From Tubulanus polymorphus (lineage: Eukaryota; Animalia; Nemertea): DNA of 64,000 bases. This document shows positions 13,061 through 31,100 of the stretch, piece after piece. Made by a program: the position numbers and the translations under genes. The stretch's first letter is position 1, and each line of letters begins with the position of its first letter. The stretch spans positions 11,726,655-11,790,654 of the forward strand of contig NC_134033.1 of assembly GCF_964204645.1 (NCBI RefSeq), read 5' to 3'. The notes under the pieces are model-generated. The model was not told the DNA's origin and made no database searches. It saw nothing but the letters and a program-made list of their open reading frames with translations.

Positions 13061-13342
13061 GCAGCCGAATTACTCCTTTTCTATAAATGTATCTTTGAGC
13101 AGGGAACTATTCCACGCTATACTGGACTTGGACCCGCAATGGTATGTCCATTCGCATTAGGTTTTTACCTTTGAGGTATATCATTTGAATGATATCTGAA
13201 CATGTACATGCATAATAAGATCATTGATTATTCATATCCATAGATTTTGGGCAGATTGTTTTGATTTGTCCCTAGGACTTGGTTTTATTGATGTGGAAAC
13301 AAAATAGTCCCTTGGAACATTCTGACATTTATCAGTTATAAC

Positions 13343-13375
13343 AAGGAAGTGTGATGAGATCATCACACTTCCCTG
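13343..13375. mobile_element. 33-bp palindromic insertion with an 8-bp direct repeat (minimal hAT-like remnant)
   Basis: GTTATAAC [aaggaagtgtgatg-agat-catcacacttccctg] GTTATAAC; only one GTTATAAC at ~1538 in the other copy. Confidence 0.6.
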
Positions 13376-15151
13376 GTTATAACCATGGTTCCTCATTGCA
13401 TTGCATAGGAATTCAATATTTGCCCACCTAAAATCGCGTCCGATGAACTCAACAGTATTAAAACCTGATACTCGTACCAACAATTAAAACCATTTTCCGT
13501 AGAGACAAGTGTAGTAAAAATGAAAAAATAACACCCATATACTGAAATGCACGCAAAGAAAACAGCGCCGAATCTCGGAATGACAATAGACGCGCTGCAG
13601 TTTAAGTGCCATAGGAAAAAAACTAGGCAAGATATCTTAAAGTTTTAAAGTTCACCTGAAAGGGGGCGTTTATGCGCACAGTTGAAATGTTTGGATTTTT
13701 TAGAAAATTATTTCTGAAAATAACGAACTTCAAAGTTCAGTACCCTGGATTTCTATGCGCACGGCAAAAACTGACCACCGATTTTTATATCGATCTCATG
13801 TCGCATTGTTGCAAATTCTAAAAATGATTTTTACATAACTGAATACTAGAGATTCACGCGGTTTGAATGTTGCTGAAACTGTCAAAATCCATCCACGGAC
13901 AGATGAACTATGATACAACACACATCACGGATAGTTTAAAAAAAAAAAGAAAAAAAATGACCCAACAATACGGGACGAAAGTACCCTTACAAAATGACGG
14001 CTAGCAACTGTAAAATGGTTTATTAACATCAGTTAGATACACACATAGAAATCATCATGTCAAGTGAAAAAGCCGCCATTTGCTGTCCGCCATCGGTGCA
14101 CCTCCATTTTTGGCTATCTCCCGTAAATAAACGCTGATTTCGTTGTGAGATATTTGTCGTTTAGTGGTGGTTCTAAGCTCGCAGGAAGCGGAACGACTTC
14201 TATAGTTTTTATTAAATTTCATGTAAATTGGTTGAGAATATTCTGAAATGCAGTCCATTGAAGTGGAGAGGTAATTTTCAGATTGACGATTAGTTGCCAC
14301 CTTTGTTTTTTTATTACAGGGATACTGTCCTCTACCATCGGTGTAAGTTACCAATTTGGCAATCCATGGAAGCCCGTATCGACAGTGGCCTGACATCCGG
14401 GCCAATTAAATTCAATTGAGTGTGTTTTGATTTACTACTTATTGTTATCGTTGATCGATTGTCAACTTAAGAAGGTTTCAGGTTCGAATTCCTGATTTTT
14501 TTCAAATCCCAATGTGAACGATACAGAAAGCAGAAAACCCGTTATCGCTGCTATTTCGCAGTTGTATTTTGTTGTTATGTTTCCACCACTGTCGGTCAAA
14601 CAAACGAGATCGACTCTAAATCAATTTCTAATCCTCAAAAAATTTGGCACAATCTACAACTTCCTTGCAATTCCTTTTCAAGCAGCAAATACTCTCTCAG
14701 ATGCAAAATAAAAAACCTCCAGCGACTCAAACTCCTATCTCTGCGATAACCCCAAACAATCGAAAACATGCGACAAACAACAATATTTCATTTAGCAGAA
14801 ACAGAATTTTATTGGCGATTTGGACGACTGGTACATAATTTTTTTAAACTTGCAGGGTCCGAAATATAGTTTGACACTATCGGAATACAGCTGTTGTATA
14901 TATGTGCGAAGGAAAAACTTCGAACGAAACAATATTGGATATTTATTTCGATGAAACTTATTCCCGTGTTGAAGATTTCAATTTCCGACTTCGTGTCACC
15001 GACACTTACTAAATGAGAAAGGGGATTCCTTTACAAGAAAGGCGAATAATATATACACTTCGTCTGGGATGAATCAGACAAATCGATTAACTTTGACCGA
15101 TCGTATGTGGATAGATTTTTCGGAATCCTTGAAGATGAACAGCTCACCTGT

Positions 15152-20963
<5,812 letters not shown>

Positions 20964-21020
20964 GCTGACCGATTCAGTTGTCTGTGGTTTCTATGCTATA
21001 AGCTTAGTGATCTATTTGAT

Positions 21021-21032
21021 CATATATAAAGG
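21021..21032 (-). promoter_or_regulatory. Candidate TATA box of VWD paralogue A (equivalent cctttaaatat at ~9044-9054 in B)
   Basis: Minus strand CCTTTATATATG ~60 bp upstream of the ATG, positionally conserved in both paralogues. Confidence 0.4.
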
Positions 21033-21625
21033 GACATTACTTACGTGAGCCACGCCTTCTAATTGGTAATTCAATATACAAAGTGTTCTTCAAATGTAAT
21101 AAAATTCTCCAAAGTGCTTCGAATAACAGTAGAGGGTCTACCATCACAAGCACATGTTACTGGATCGAAAATTTATTACTCTCTTTTTACAATTGTAATT
21201 GAAAATCGTGAGTATCACTTCCACTGAATATATTGAATGTAAATTAGAATTCTCGTCTTCTAGACTTGTTGAGGATTGTGTCGATAAATCTATTGGAATT
21301 TTTCCGCAATTTCAATTCAGTTTGAAACGCAAAATCATCGAAATTTTCCCTTATATTTTTTATGCATTAGACCGCCGTCGTGCACGTATGATAATCCATC
21401 GAACGATACAAGCCAAAACGATAGATGTTAATATCCTAAACACGAAAAAGTCAATGATTTGATATGATTTGATATGATTTATTTTCAAGTAAAATTAATG
21501 AATTAAAAAATGCATTAAAATGTGATAATATTAAATTAGGGACTGCTTCGAAGCAACATTTAGCTTATACAAGAAAACAGCCCTAGAAAAGAGGAAAAAA
21601 TATACATAAGATGAAAACTAACGAT

Positions 21626-21770
21626 AAAAACCCACGATATACAGATTAAAGTTTTAAAATTGAGCATTTATTGAATAAATTCTCAAATATAACTCTCTTT
21701 ATATAGTGGGCTTTGTGGATTTATATCTTATCATCTGTTCTTCGCGTTTGAGTGTACGGGTTATTCTACT
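21626..21770. mobile_element. Truncated, partly inverted copy of the 17947-family Penelope-type element
   Basis: 12-bp TSD aaaactaacgat at 21614-21625 and 21771-21782. Contains family sequence in both orientations. Confidence 0.6.
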
Positions 21771-22516
21771 AAAACTAACGATTTTGATGAATCTCGTATT
21801 CCGAAAAGTCCGTTGTATCGCTAAATCAATCCAGCGTATAGTTGTCTAGTAGATTAGTAATTAGGGTGTCAGTAAGTATAGGATTGCCTGAATAAAATAG
21901 CATAGGTTTGATTACCTAAGGGTAGGAAAATATAACTGTGTAATGTTTCTAGTTTTGCTGATTTGCAACGATTGATTCATCGGTGGCTAAAGCTTAATAA
22001 ATCGCTGAACTATCTTCGATGGCTTTTAGATTGGTAAAATCGTTGTTTTTCATGTATATACATATAATCCAATAATACCCTCTTGTCGAAGTGATTCACT
22101 TGTCGACTACTTGAAAATATATTTCGTTCAGATAAGGTTGGTAATGTTTAGTTAATCAAACAGCTGGATGTTGAAAGGAGAAACTAATGAAATGAAAAAT
22201 ATTTCTTTTGAATAAGATATTAATTTTTCAATCGCTTTTAAACTTCAATATTAATATATGCGATATCGTGAGGCGTATGTTTGACAGTGAATGTAAGTGA
22301 AAGGCGGAGATGAGAGAAAGCCCGATACATTTCCGACCGACCTACTCTGTTGATCTGACTGAATAGTATAAACCAAAAGAAAAATAATAAGCCATTCGCT
22401 GTTGTTGATAGGAATTTAATTTTTTTTGACAACTATAACTGGTATATTCCCGACAAATCATGTCCGATACGAAATTGTGTACGGCTTCGAGTTGGGTGTC
22501 TTTGCGACGTCATTAC

Positions 22517-25500
22517 CTAGTTGTTCGCCATCTTTTCTTTAATCCAGTCTACGAATTGAATGACATCGGTGTAGACGCCCGGGCTTCTAGCTTGAGCACA
22601 TCCGTATCCCCATGACACGATTCCATTGAGTTGATAACGTCCGTTCACTTCGCAGACGAACGGTCCACCGCTGTCACCCTGTCAGTTAAAAATAAACGGA
22701 CAAATTCGTCCATGAATGTAATCAATTAAATGAAGCGATGGTCCAGTTTGATAAACAAGATAAATTCTAAACCACTGGACAGAACAGTTGTTAATCTGCC
22801 ATTATTTTATGAATTTATTAGACGGTGCCGGGAAATGAATTTGATACTATCCAGGACAATGGAAGGTCCGGTGCTAGGGGTTGCAGTGTGGATACTGCTT
22901 GCTATAATTGGGCTTGATTTCGAATATGAAACATATTGATATGTCTCCAAACATACATCGTTGTAGATATGAAACGTTCCAGACATAGGGTGAAACTTAA
23001 GTTATCGAAGCCGGATGTTAAAGTCAATCAACTCCTATGTAAGTGAATTCAATTGTTGTGGGATTGATGAACCTTTAACTCGTGGAAGGGAGTCTGCTGA
23101 ACTGATAGTTTCAAATTGGTGCTAAATCCGCGGCAGGTACAAATGCACTTTGAGTCGTTACCTGGCAAGAATCGTGGCCTCCAACGTCGTAACCGGCGCA
23201 AATCATGTACTCAGTAATACGGTTCTTCATGTAATCACGATTACACCTGTCTCGTCCAATTACTGGTACTTCAGTCTGTTTCAAGTTGCCGTGGTCGCTT
23301 GTACCTGAATCAGAAAAGGACATTAATGGCTTTAGATTTAGAACATTTCAATCGATTAAGAAACAATCGAATCCAATTTCCACGCTTAATTTCAAGATAT
23401 GTTACTCCCTCTTCTCATCCACACTCGGGTCCACAATCTCCTCTACATTATATTTAAATATTTCACATTATACTTAAATATTTCATATTACGTTTATTCC
23501 TGTATACCTCTCTATGACATTATTATTAAAATTATTCTAATCATCATTATCATTATTATCATAATTATTACTATTATCAAACGTTTTACATTTGATTTAA
23601 GTAATCTTAATTGAAACAATTCAACAACATGTTGAGGATCGGTATGATCTCTTTTGAAAAAAACCAGTTTCTGCCTCCACAAATCATCAATCTATCAAAG
23701 CGGCAATTCATATCCTTACCTTGAGTTCGTCCCCAGCCTGTTGTGTAACACTTTTGTCCATCGTATACAGAAGATGTCGGCAGACAGGCGGGTGAAACTC
23801 TGTCAGTCAACGTCGCAGGTCGTTCTAATTTCAGCAGCGTTATATCTCTATTCACACGCGATGAATCGTAATTTTCATGGACGAACACTTTGGAAACCTG
23901 AATCACTTGTTTATCCGCCTCTCTCTTGGTGTGCATACCCAGAGCGACCTTATAACTAGATGGATTCGTCGACCTGTATAGTTAAAATTAATTTACATCA
24001 TGTAACATTGATTGATACGTACCCTAGTTATCATTTTAGAAGACAATTATGAGACCATTGAATGTACAAAATGTTATATGAACTATAAAGGAATTTCATT
24101 TACGTCAGGAAATAAAATGTTTTACGAGACCCAACGTAGTTTATCTATCACGTGATCGAACACGTGTCTCATCACTTGTTGAACTCCACCCACTGAGTAA
24201 CCTCGTGACGATTCAGTTCATCTGAGTTCTAGACGCTGGTGTTTCATTTTCACGGGGCAAGGGGTATCATAAATGGCATTCCAGCCGAAGTGGTCTCCAA
24301 TACAGAATGACAATAACGGTTCACTGACAGCCACAAACTTCAACAAATTGAAAATAAACTAATTATTTACCATCCAAAACAATGAGCGGCGCTGATAGCC
24401 CACTGCGGGGCGATCAAAGTGGCTCCACATCCTTGGAATCCGTTGTTTAGCAGACCAGCCATCCACGGCCAGCTTCCGGGACGAGCTTCTTGGCCACCGA
24501 CAATTCTGAATCCGTCCAAACCATTTCCTGGAAGCGGGGTAATGGCGGGCACTCCACATTTACCATCAACACTCGGTTTCGTGGTGGTGTATAATGGAAG
24601 TCTGGTTGTTGTTGGTCTCATGGTTGTTGTTGGTCTCATGGTTGTAGTCGTTGGTTCCCGCGTGGTCGACGTTACTCCAGGAGGTGACGGGGTCGCTGTA
24701 ATGGGAACAATAATCATTTCGATTACACGTCCTTATTGTCTCCGCAAATTGGCTGCCCATTCAGTGTTTGAATCATTGTCAGAAATGTAAAGCCTAGTAC
24801 AATATTAACGAAATATATTAAAAAGAGTGCATGCGATCTTGAATATTACATAAAACTTACCGAATGTCGGCACGAATTCATATTTGAGTTTGAAACCAGA
24901 TTTCTGAACATTTTCGTTCGAATAAAACCCTATGCTAACGGTGGTCGCACCCATGTACGATTCGATATTCGGTCCGGTCTGTCCGCAAAGGAATGTCCAG
25001 TCGGACCAGGTTTGGTCACTTTTCAAGTATATCATTCGTACTGCATCCGCACATCTTTATACGAAATATGTTTAAACAAGATATCGAAAGGTAAAATTAT
25101 CAATCATAAAACTAGTTCATTTGTTGATTGTAATCTGCTTGTAATTGTTACATATGACATCCATCCGCCTTTTCATTGATCTATGTTATTTGTTGCATGA
25201 ATCTGTATGCGAGGGAAATGAATGATGTGTGATTGTGTGTGTTTTAAGGTGGCCCAATGCTCCAAACAAGCATTCTTGCTTTCTATTGGGCTATCCTTCA
25301 CTAGATATTATAACATCTTGTCGACTCTTTATTCATATTTATATGAAATGTTATGCATGACCATCTGTTAACTATAAACTATATATCTATATAAATCACG
25401 ATGACGCCGCTTGTTATGAAATAAATCGAATCAACAAATAAATGTACATAAAGTTAGTTATTACCCCATATAAGAATGATCGTTTTCTTCTTCCAAATCG

Positions 25501-25863
25501 AATTCAACCGTTTTCAACTTAACAACGAATCCTTCCGGAGCCGTGATGTACGACGAGCAGTAGTAGTCAGAATCGTAACTGGCCGAGCCGTACTTGGCGT
25601 GTGATAGGAATTCACCCGAATAACCGTCTCCAACGTCGATGGCGGTTCCACATATGCCTGTTACCCAATAGAATAATGATGTTGAAAATAGCAATAGAAA
25701 TAGTTACGGAACGAACGAACGAACGAACGAACGAGTATTTTCGAGTATTTGCGGCGGATCGCTAACAATTGGAAATTTCACGAAAAGTAAACTCATACTT
25801 ACCCGCAAATGCTTGCTGCGCACAGGCAATGAGAACAAGAACGACAACTATCGCTAACTTCAT
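22517..25863 (-). CDS. Secreted CUB-domain trypsin-like (S1A) serine protease, ~443 aa, intact
   Basis: Exons 25863-25803 (signal peptide [20 protein letters not shown]), 25657-25465 and 25054-24861 (CUB), 24695-24371 (Thr/Pro linker, CG, R|IVGG, SAAHC), 23973-23720 (DITLLKL), 23304-23162 (HDSCQ), 22678-22517 (GDSGGP...TAG). Total 1332 nt in frame; the S1 Asp implies Lys/Arg specificity. Confidence 0.95.
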
Positions 25864-26102
25864 ATTCAGACCGGATTGTACCGTGCGATCTATACGACCT
25901 TTGACTATCAGCCGTTGAACAACCCCTTTTAAGTCCATCGTGCTGACCACCAGATGCTCGATATGACAGACCCACTACAAGCCTTTAATCTCCCTATCAT
26001 AAATCGGTGCAACAGTGATCCCGATATCTTAATCACATATAATCGTCCGCATTAAATACCGTTCAGAGATAATAACATGTTCGAAAATCAGTGCATTGAC
26101 AA

Positions 26103-26480
26103 CGGTGGCTGATTCGGTCCTTACTAAAAAAATTTTCTGTACGGCTAGAGCAACGATGACAAAATGTTCACAGTGGCCCGTTTTTTACTTTTCTCGCGCG
26201 AGAATTCAAAAAGTTTGGTTTTCTCGCGCGAGAAAACAAAAAAATGGGCCATTTGTAAAAAATTTTTATCCAGCTTCTAGCCAGTCAGAAAAATTTTAAG
26301 CCAAAATGTTTTGTTTTCTCGCGCGAGAAAACCAAAATGTTTTGAATCCTCACGCGAGAAAACCAAAATGTTTTGTTTTCTCGCGCGAGAAAACCAAAAA
26401 AAGTGCCACTGTGAACATTTTTTTAATCGTTGCTCTAGCCTTACAGAAAGTTTTTTTAGTATGGCCCGAATCAGCCACCA
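26103..26480. mobile_element. ~380-bp foldback MITE with long TIRs and internal TTTTCTCGCGCGAGAAAA palindromes
   Basis: ~100-bp imperfect TIRs (cggtggctgattcgg... / ...ccgaatcagccacca) followed by TA on the right, suggesting a Tc1/mariner-like origin. Confidence 0.8.
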
Positions 26481-26578
26481 TACATTTACTGTTAATCAAA
26501 TATATAATTGAAGGGAGTATATTTTCCAATGATTCCTCAAGTGTTTGAAAATCCCTCGTTTTTTTTTATATTCTCACG

Positions 26579-26735
26579 TCACCTGTCGATGATCTCTAGG
26601 GCGAGATCGAAACGTCGTGTCTTATTTTTTTACTGAATAAATTCTCTTTTAGTTTTTATAATTTGTTCAATTTGTACATAGTGGCTTTTTTCTTATCATC
26701 CGTTCACCACGTTTGAGTGTAGTTATTGTACTCTA
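26579..26735 (+). mobile_element. Penelope-type element with a mutated hammerhead core (CUGUCGA)
   Basis: cacCTGTCGAtgatctctagggcgagatcGAAAcgtcgtgt...ttatcatccgttcaccacgtttgagtgt, the reverse-complement homologue of 17947-18105. Confidence 0.7.
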
Positions 26736-28165
26736 TAGCTCAAAGATTTCAGTCAAAACGTCATTAATTCTCTTCTAGTTTTTTTTTCCATCTCATTATG
26801 GGTTTTCAATCGATAGTCGCTTAGCTATGGAAACCATTTTGATTCCTTTCTAGAGTTCGTCAGGGTTTCTACGATTCTAAGTCGATTCTACGATTACCTT
26901 CTACGATTCAATTTTTTCTTTTTTGGTACAAATCATTCAGCACGGAATTCATAATTTTGGTGTGTAAATAGTAGTGAGAAAGAGATTATTTCCACCTTTG
27001 TTTTGAATTCCACTTCCTTCATAGTTTACGATTATCATTCATTTGAAACGAAACTCATGATCAAAACCGAAAAAGGTATCAGCTTTTCTCCAAAACTAAA
27101 CTAAACAAAATGAATGCATGGAACCACCTTTGAGGGGGCACAGGGTCAAGGCATCCAATTCATACGTGCATGAACCACTCGTACCAGTAACCACATGAAT
27201 TCGGCCGAAAAAATATCGTGAAAATTATAATCCACCTGGGATTCGAATCTCGACGATCATTCGGTCAGTTCATAACGACCACCTTGACGAACGAGGAAAA
27301 CACTATGGAAATATTCATATTTTGATCGTTTATTGAGTCAGAAGTGGCCACTTCTACACAGATTTTACAGCATCAAAAAAAAGAAGGAATTGTTTCCTAC
27401 GTTGTCCCCCATAAAACAGTTAAAAACTACAATATATACGAATTTAAACAGTTTAATAAAAATAACACACTTTACTATTCCGACCACGTGGAGCTCGCAC
27501 GCGTGCGGGCGGCGTGGCGGGGAAATTCGTCATTTGGTAATATAACAATTAAATAGAAACACCCTTTTCGAGCAAATTTATTGTGACTAGACTAATTAAG
27601 AAACTAGATACGGTGCTCCAATTGACCACTAGATATTATATTCTTCTGATTTATCAAGGAGAATCAGAATATCTATTCTGAACGAGAAGGACGTCGAACT
27701 CTGATTCCCACACATTACTGCTCTAACAGTTATCTGATCAGTGCATATACCGGTACCCCAGCTACTAATCATATCGAGAGTCCTTTTAGTTCGAAATGAT
27801 ATATTCTGACAACTTCCAGCGGAGACATCGTTAAAAACCGAATTCACGATAACAACGTTACGTGTAAAGTCTTACATCAAGTCAGTGACATTGTTTCGTC
27901 AATTTGACAACTCAGTTGTAAGTTTTAACAGTTATAATGAAGCCAGGCCTGATTTTTTTTTTTCGGGATATATCATAACATATGTACAATATTGCCTAAC
28001 GCGCCTAAACGAAGTTAAGATCCTGGTAGCCAATTAACGATTCCATTGATCCGCAAACTTTTCCTGAAAATAAAGAACGTTTCGGGTTAAAAACCAATCG
28101 TAGCCATAAATATCGATCGATGTTGAATCATTCAGTTAAACAGTTCAATGGAGATGGAAATCTAC

Positions 28166-31100
28166 TCACTTTTTAGACTGAGAGTGTGTTTGTGCTGAGT
28201 GGCTTGCAACTTTAGCAGCGACTTTTTCGTCCCCCTTCTTCTTCATCGTCTTCATCTTACCATCTGTTTTCTTCTTCCCTTCATCCTTCTTCTCCCCTGC
28301 CTTCTTCTTTATCTTCATTTCTTTATGCTTGTTCGGTTTAGCAGGTTTGATGCTTTCACCGTTCGGCGCAGCTGCAGCGTTCACAGCACCCGTGTCGATC
28401 GCGGATGTTTCAGCGCCAGCACTGCTATTACTACTGCTGCTGCTGCTACCACTGCTAGCTACCATGCTACCACTGCCGCTGCTGCTACCACTGCTAGCTA
28501 CCACTGATTGCTGGGCAGCTACAGCTACGCTTTGTTGGCTGGAACCATTCACAACCTGTTTGACCTCAGTCGGTTGCACGGTTTTTATGATGACTTGCCG
28601 AACGTGATGCGCCGACTTGACGATTGTGTCTTGCGGTTTCGACGACACCTTTTCAGTGACACTTTGTTTTAATGCGTTGCCTAAGGAAGTAAAACGTCTG
28701 ATTTTAAGATTCCCGAAGAATTACAATGCCTGCCACAGTCACAAACAGCCCTTTCAATAGCAATCCTGGACAAGAAGCTTGTTAGCTTTAAAAGCTAAGC
28801 GGAGTTCTTCATTACTGTTTCAAAAATCTCAATTGTTCAAAATGCGCTTATGCATAAATATCACGAATATACTATGTTTCGTGCATCTGTAGTCATGTAA
28901 CAAATGGGTTTTCACTACATTCGTATTTCGAATTAAACGGTAGAAAAATCGCCGGTCCCACTGATACTGATCGAACGAACTTGACTGTATATTATTATAT
29001 TGAATCAAGGGGAAATACGTACGATGACATTGCCAATCACCAACTCGTCGAAAACCTGTTGGACACTTGATAACGCAGCGAATAGTTTTATGTTTCAAGT
29101 CAATCAGTCGAGTCGTTCCAGCCGGACATTGCGAATCTAAAACAACATAGCAAATAAATGTTATTGAGCTACCATAGGAATATCACAAAGCCATCGTTGA
29201 GGTGTAGTAATTTATGTCATACTGAGTTAAGTTAGTCAATTTCTTCCACTTACAAACGCACTTCTTCTGCAACAGCGTATAACCAGTAGGGCACGAGTAT
29301 TTGATTCTGTTTAGGTATTCTGAAGCAAAGATATAACACAACGTGATACACTATGGGGAAGTATTACAGATATTTCGAATAGGTAGAAATATAATGCAGA
29401 ATTTGATGAACATACTGTAGCAGAGATCGCCGTTCTTTTTCGTGTCGGGTGGACATTTCGAAACTGGATGAAGAACAAATTGAATAGAATGTATGTATTA
29501 TGTTAGGTGACGAGACTAGCTCTCCTAGTTAAAAGACATCTCTCCTAGTTAAAAGCTCGTTTTGAGAAACCTTGAAGGAAAGAATTTAGGAAGAAAACGT
29601 TGACTAACCAATACAGCTGTCTCCCTTCCTGGTTGCGTAGTCTGGACAGCCTCGAACAATCTTCATCTGCGTACAAGTTTGCATATGCCTCGTGAACCCG
29701 ACCGGACATATTCGACTCGTACTGACCACTGGAATATGTATATATAAGGTGAATACGAAAAAATATTCTATGCAGATATATTGGTAAGAACATATTCGTA
29801 TGGGAAATTAATCGATTCAGGTTTAGTGAATAAGGCCTTGTTTCTAGATGTTACTTACATAGACATGAGGATCCAGTGTCACTCCATCCAGGTGGACATG
29901 GAACCCCTATAGCGAAAGAAATACAATGAATTACATGTCAGAAATGAATATCAAATTCAAATATAAACATAACAGTAGGCAATATATTCATTGATGATGG
30001 TTTAAGTCATCACAATAAAGGAACCACAATTTTTTCTTACGTTTGCATGATCCGTTCTGCAGTTCGTAGCCAGGTGGGCAAAGTATCACTGCAAATTTGA
30101 TCATAAAGAATTTCACATGACTGACATTTTAACAAAAGTTCAATATAAAAGCGAATGGCATTGAATCACTGCTCTGTAGGCGATACTAAGCGTCCAAGTA
30201 AACTTACTGATTGGCAATTTGAAGCAATTCTTTTCGATTCGTTGGAAACCTGGGCTGCAGTCGCTGTCTGCAATATACGTGAATTCGTTATCAAAGTTTG
30301 TCTATGAATCTATACCAATTTCTTTACGGTAAACACATATACATGTAGCGATATATTGTCTAGTTTATGAATATATATTATATAACCCGCTCACCAAATG
30401 TTATCCTTAGGATGAGTAACGATATCAAATCGAAGAAATCTTTGCTGGCATCAGCGAGATACCAATACATCTGCCACGTATATCTCCATACAAGTTGAGG
30501 CCTGACCTTTTTACCTGGAAAATCAAAACGGAATTAACGGAATATCGTGAAGAATCAAAAGCAAAATCATTTCAATTTCGTCTGTTTCAACAAGGCATCA
30601 ATACACAACAAGGTGCACGATGCAGGAAACAGGAAAAAGTTTCCCAGAGATCGAAAATGTTCGACCTCGTGTTTCTGTGCTTTCCTGCGTCGTGTGTGTT
30701 TTGGGCTTTAGGTTTGACTGATCATTAGTCGACGCTGACCTCGATCACACGTACCGAATGCAATAAACATGAGTCTTATACCGCTTTTACGGACAAGGTC
30801 AGCCTGAGCCAGCGCTGCTTTTTCGTTCGATGTTTTTCCCGAGCTGAATACGACGGCGAATTGGGCTCGGTCTTTACTCGGCTTGGCTATTTTCAACAGA
30901 GACGCGAACGCTTGCTTCAAATCTGGTACACCCTTTTCTGGTTTACCGGACGTCATAATCTTTGGTGATAGAAAAAAGAGATGAACTTAAATGAAAATAA
31001 ATTCCATGCGATTTGCATACAATATTTAAAGACTTATATGTATTACGTCTTTCGTTATATCTATCAGAACACTTTTATAATTCGTGGATGAAATGCATAA

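Larger units (their letters stand above)
11834..13134. mobile_element. 1.3-kb non-autonomous foldback-type DNA transposon (Merlin- or MULE-like)
   Basis: TSD CGCAATGG at 11826-11833 and 13135-13142. TIRs GGcgCAAGTCCAtTATA / TATAcTGGACTTGgaCC. Empty site at ~1340 in the paralogous copy. Confidence 0.85.
10669..13203 (-). pseudogene. Second decayed partial copy of the CUB-trypsin gene
   Basis: Near-identical to 257-1406, plus a 1.3-kb insertion in the exon-3 remnant. Confidence 0.9.

Noticed and set aside
12009-13174. CRISPR-like appearance and repetitive ORFs (RHCRRVESVDNRGC)n
   Set aside because: Head-to-tail repeats without unique spacers, no cas genes, eukaryotic context, and located inside a TIR/TSD-bounded element.
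27230-27300. Possible tRNA-derived SINE head on the minus strand (ttcgaatccc)
   Set aside because: Too degenerate; no TSD, tail or second copy in the window.
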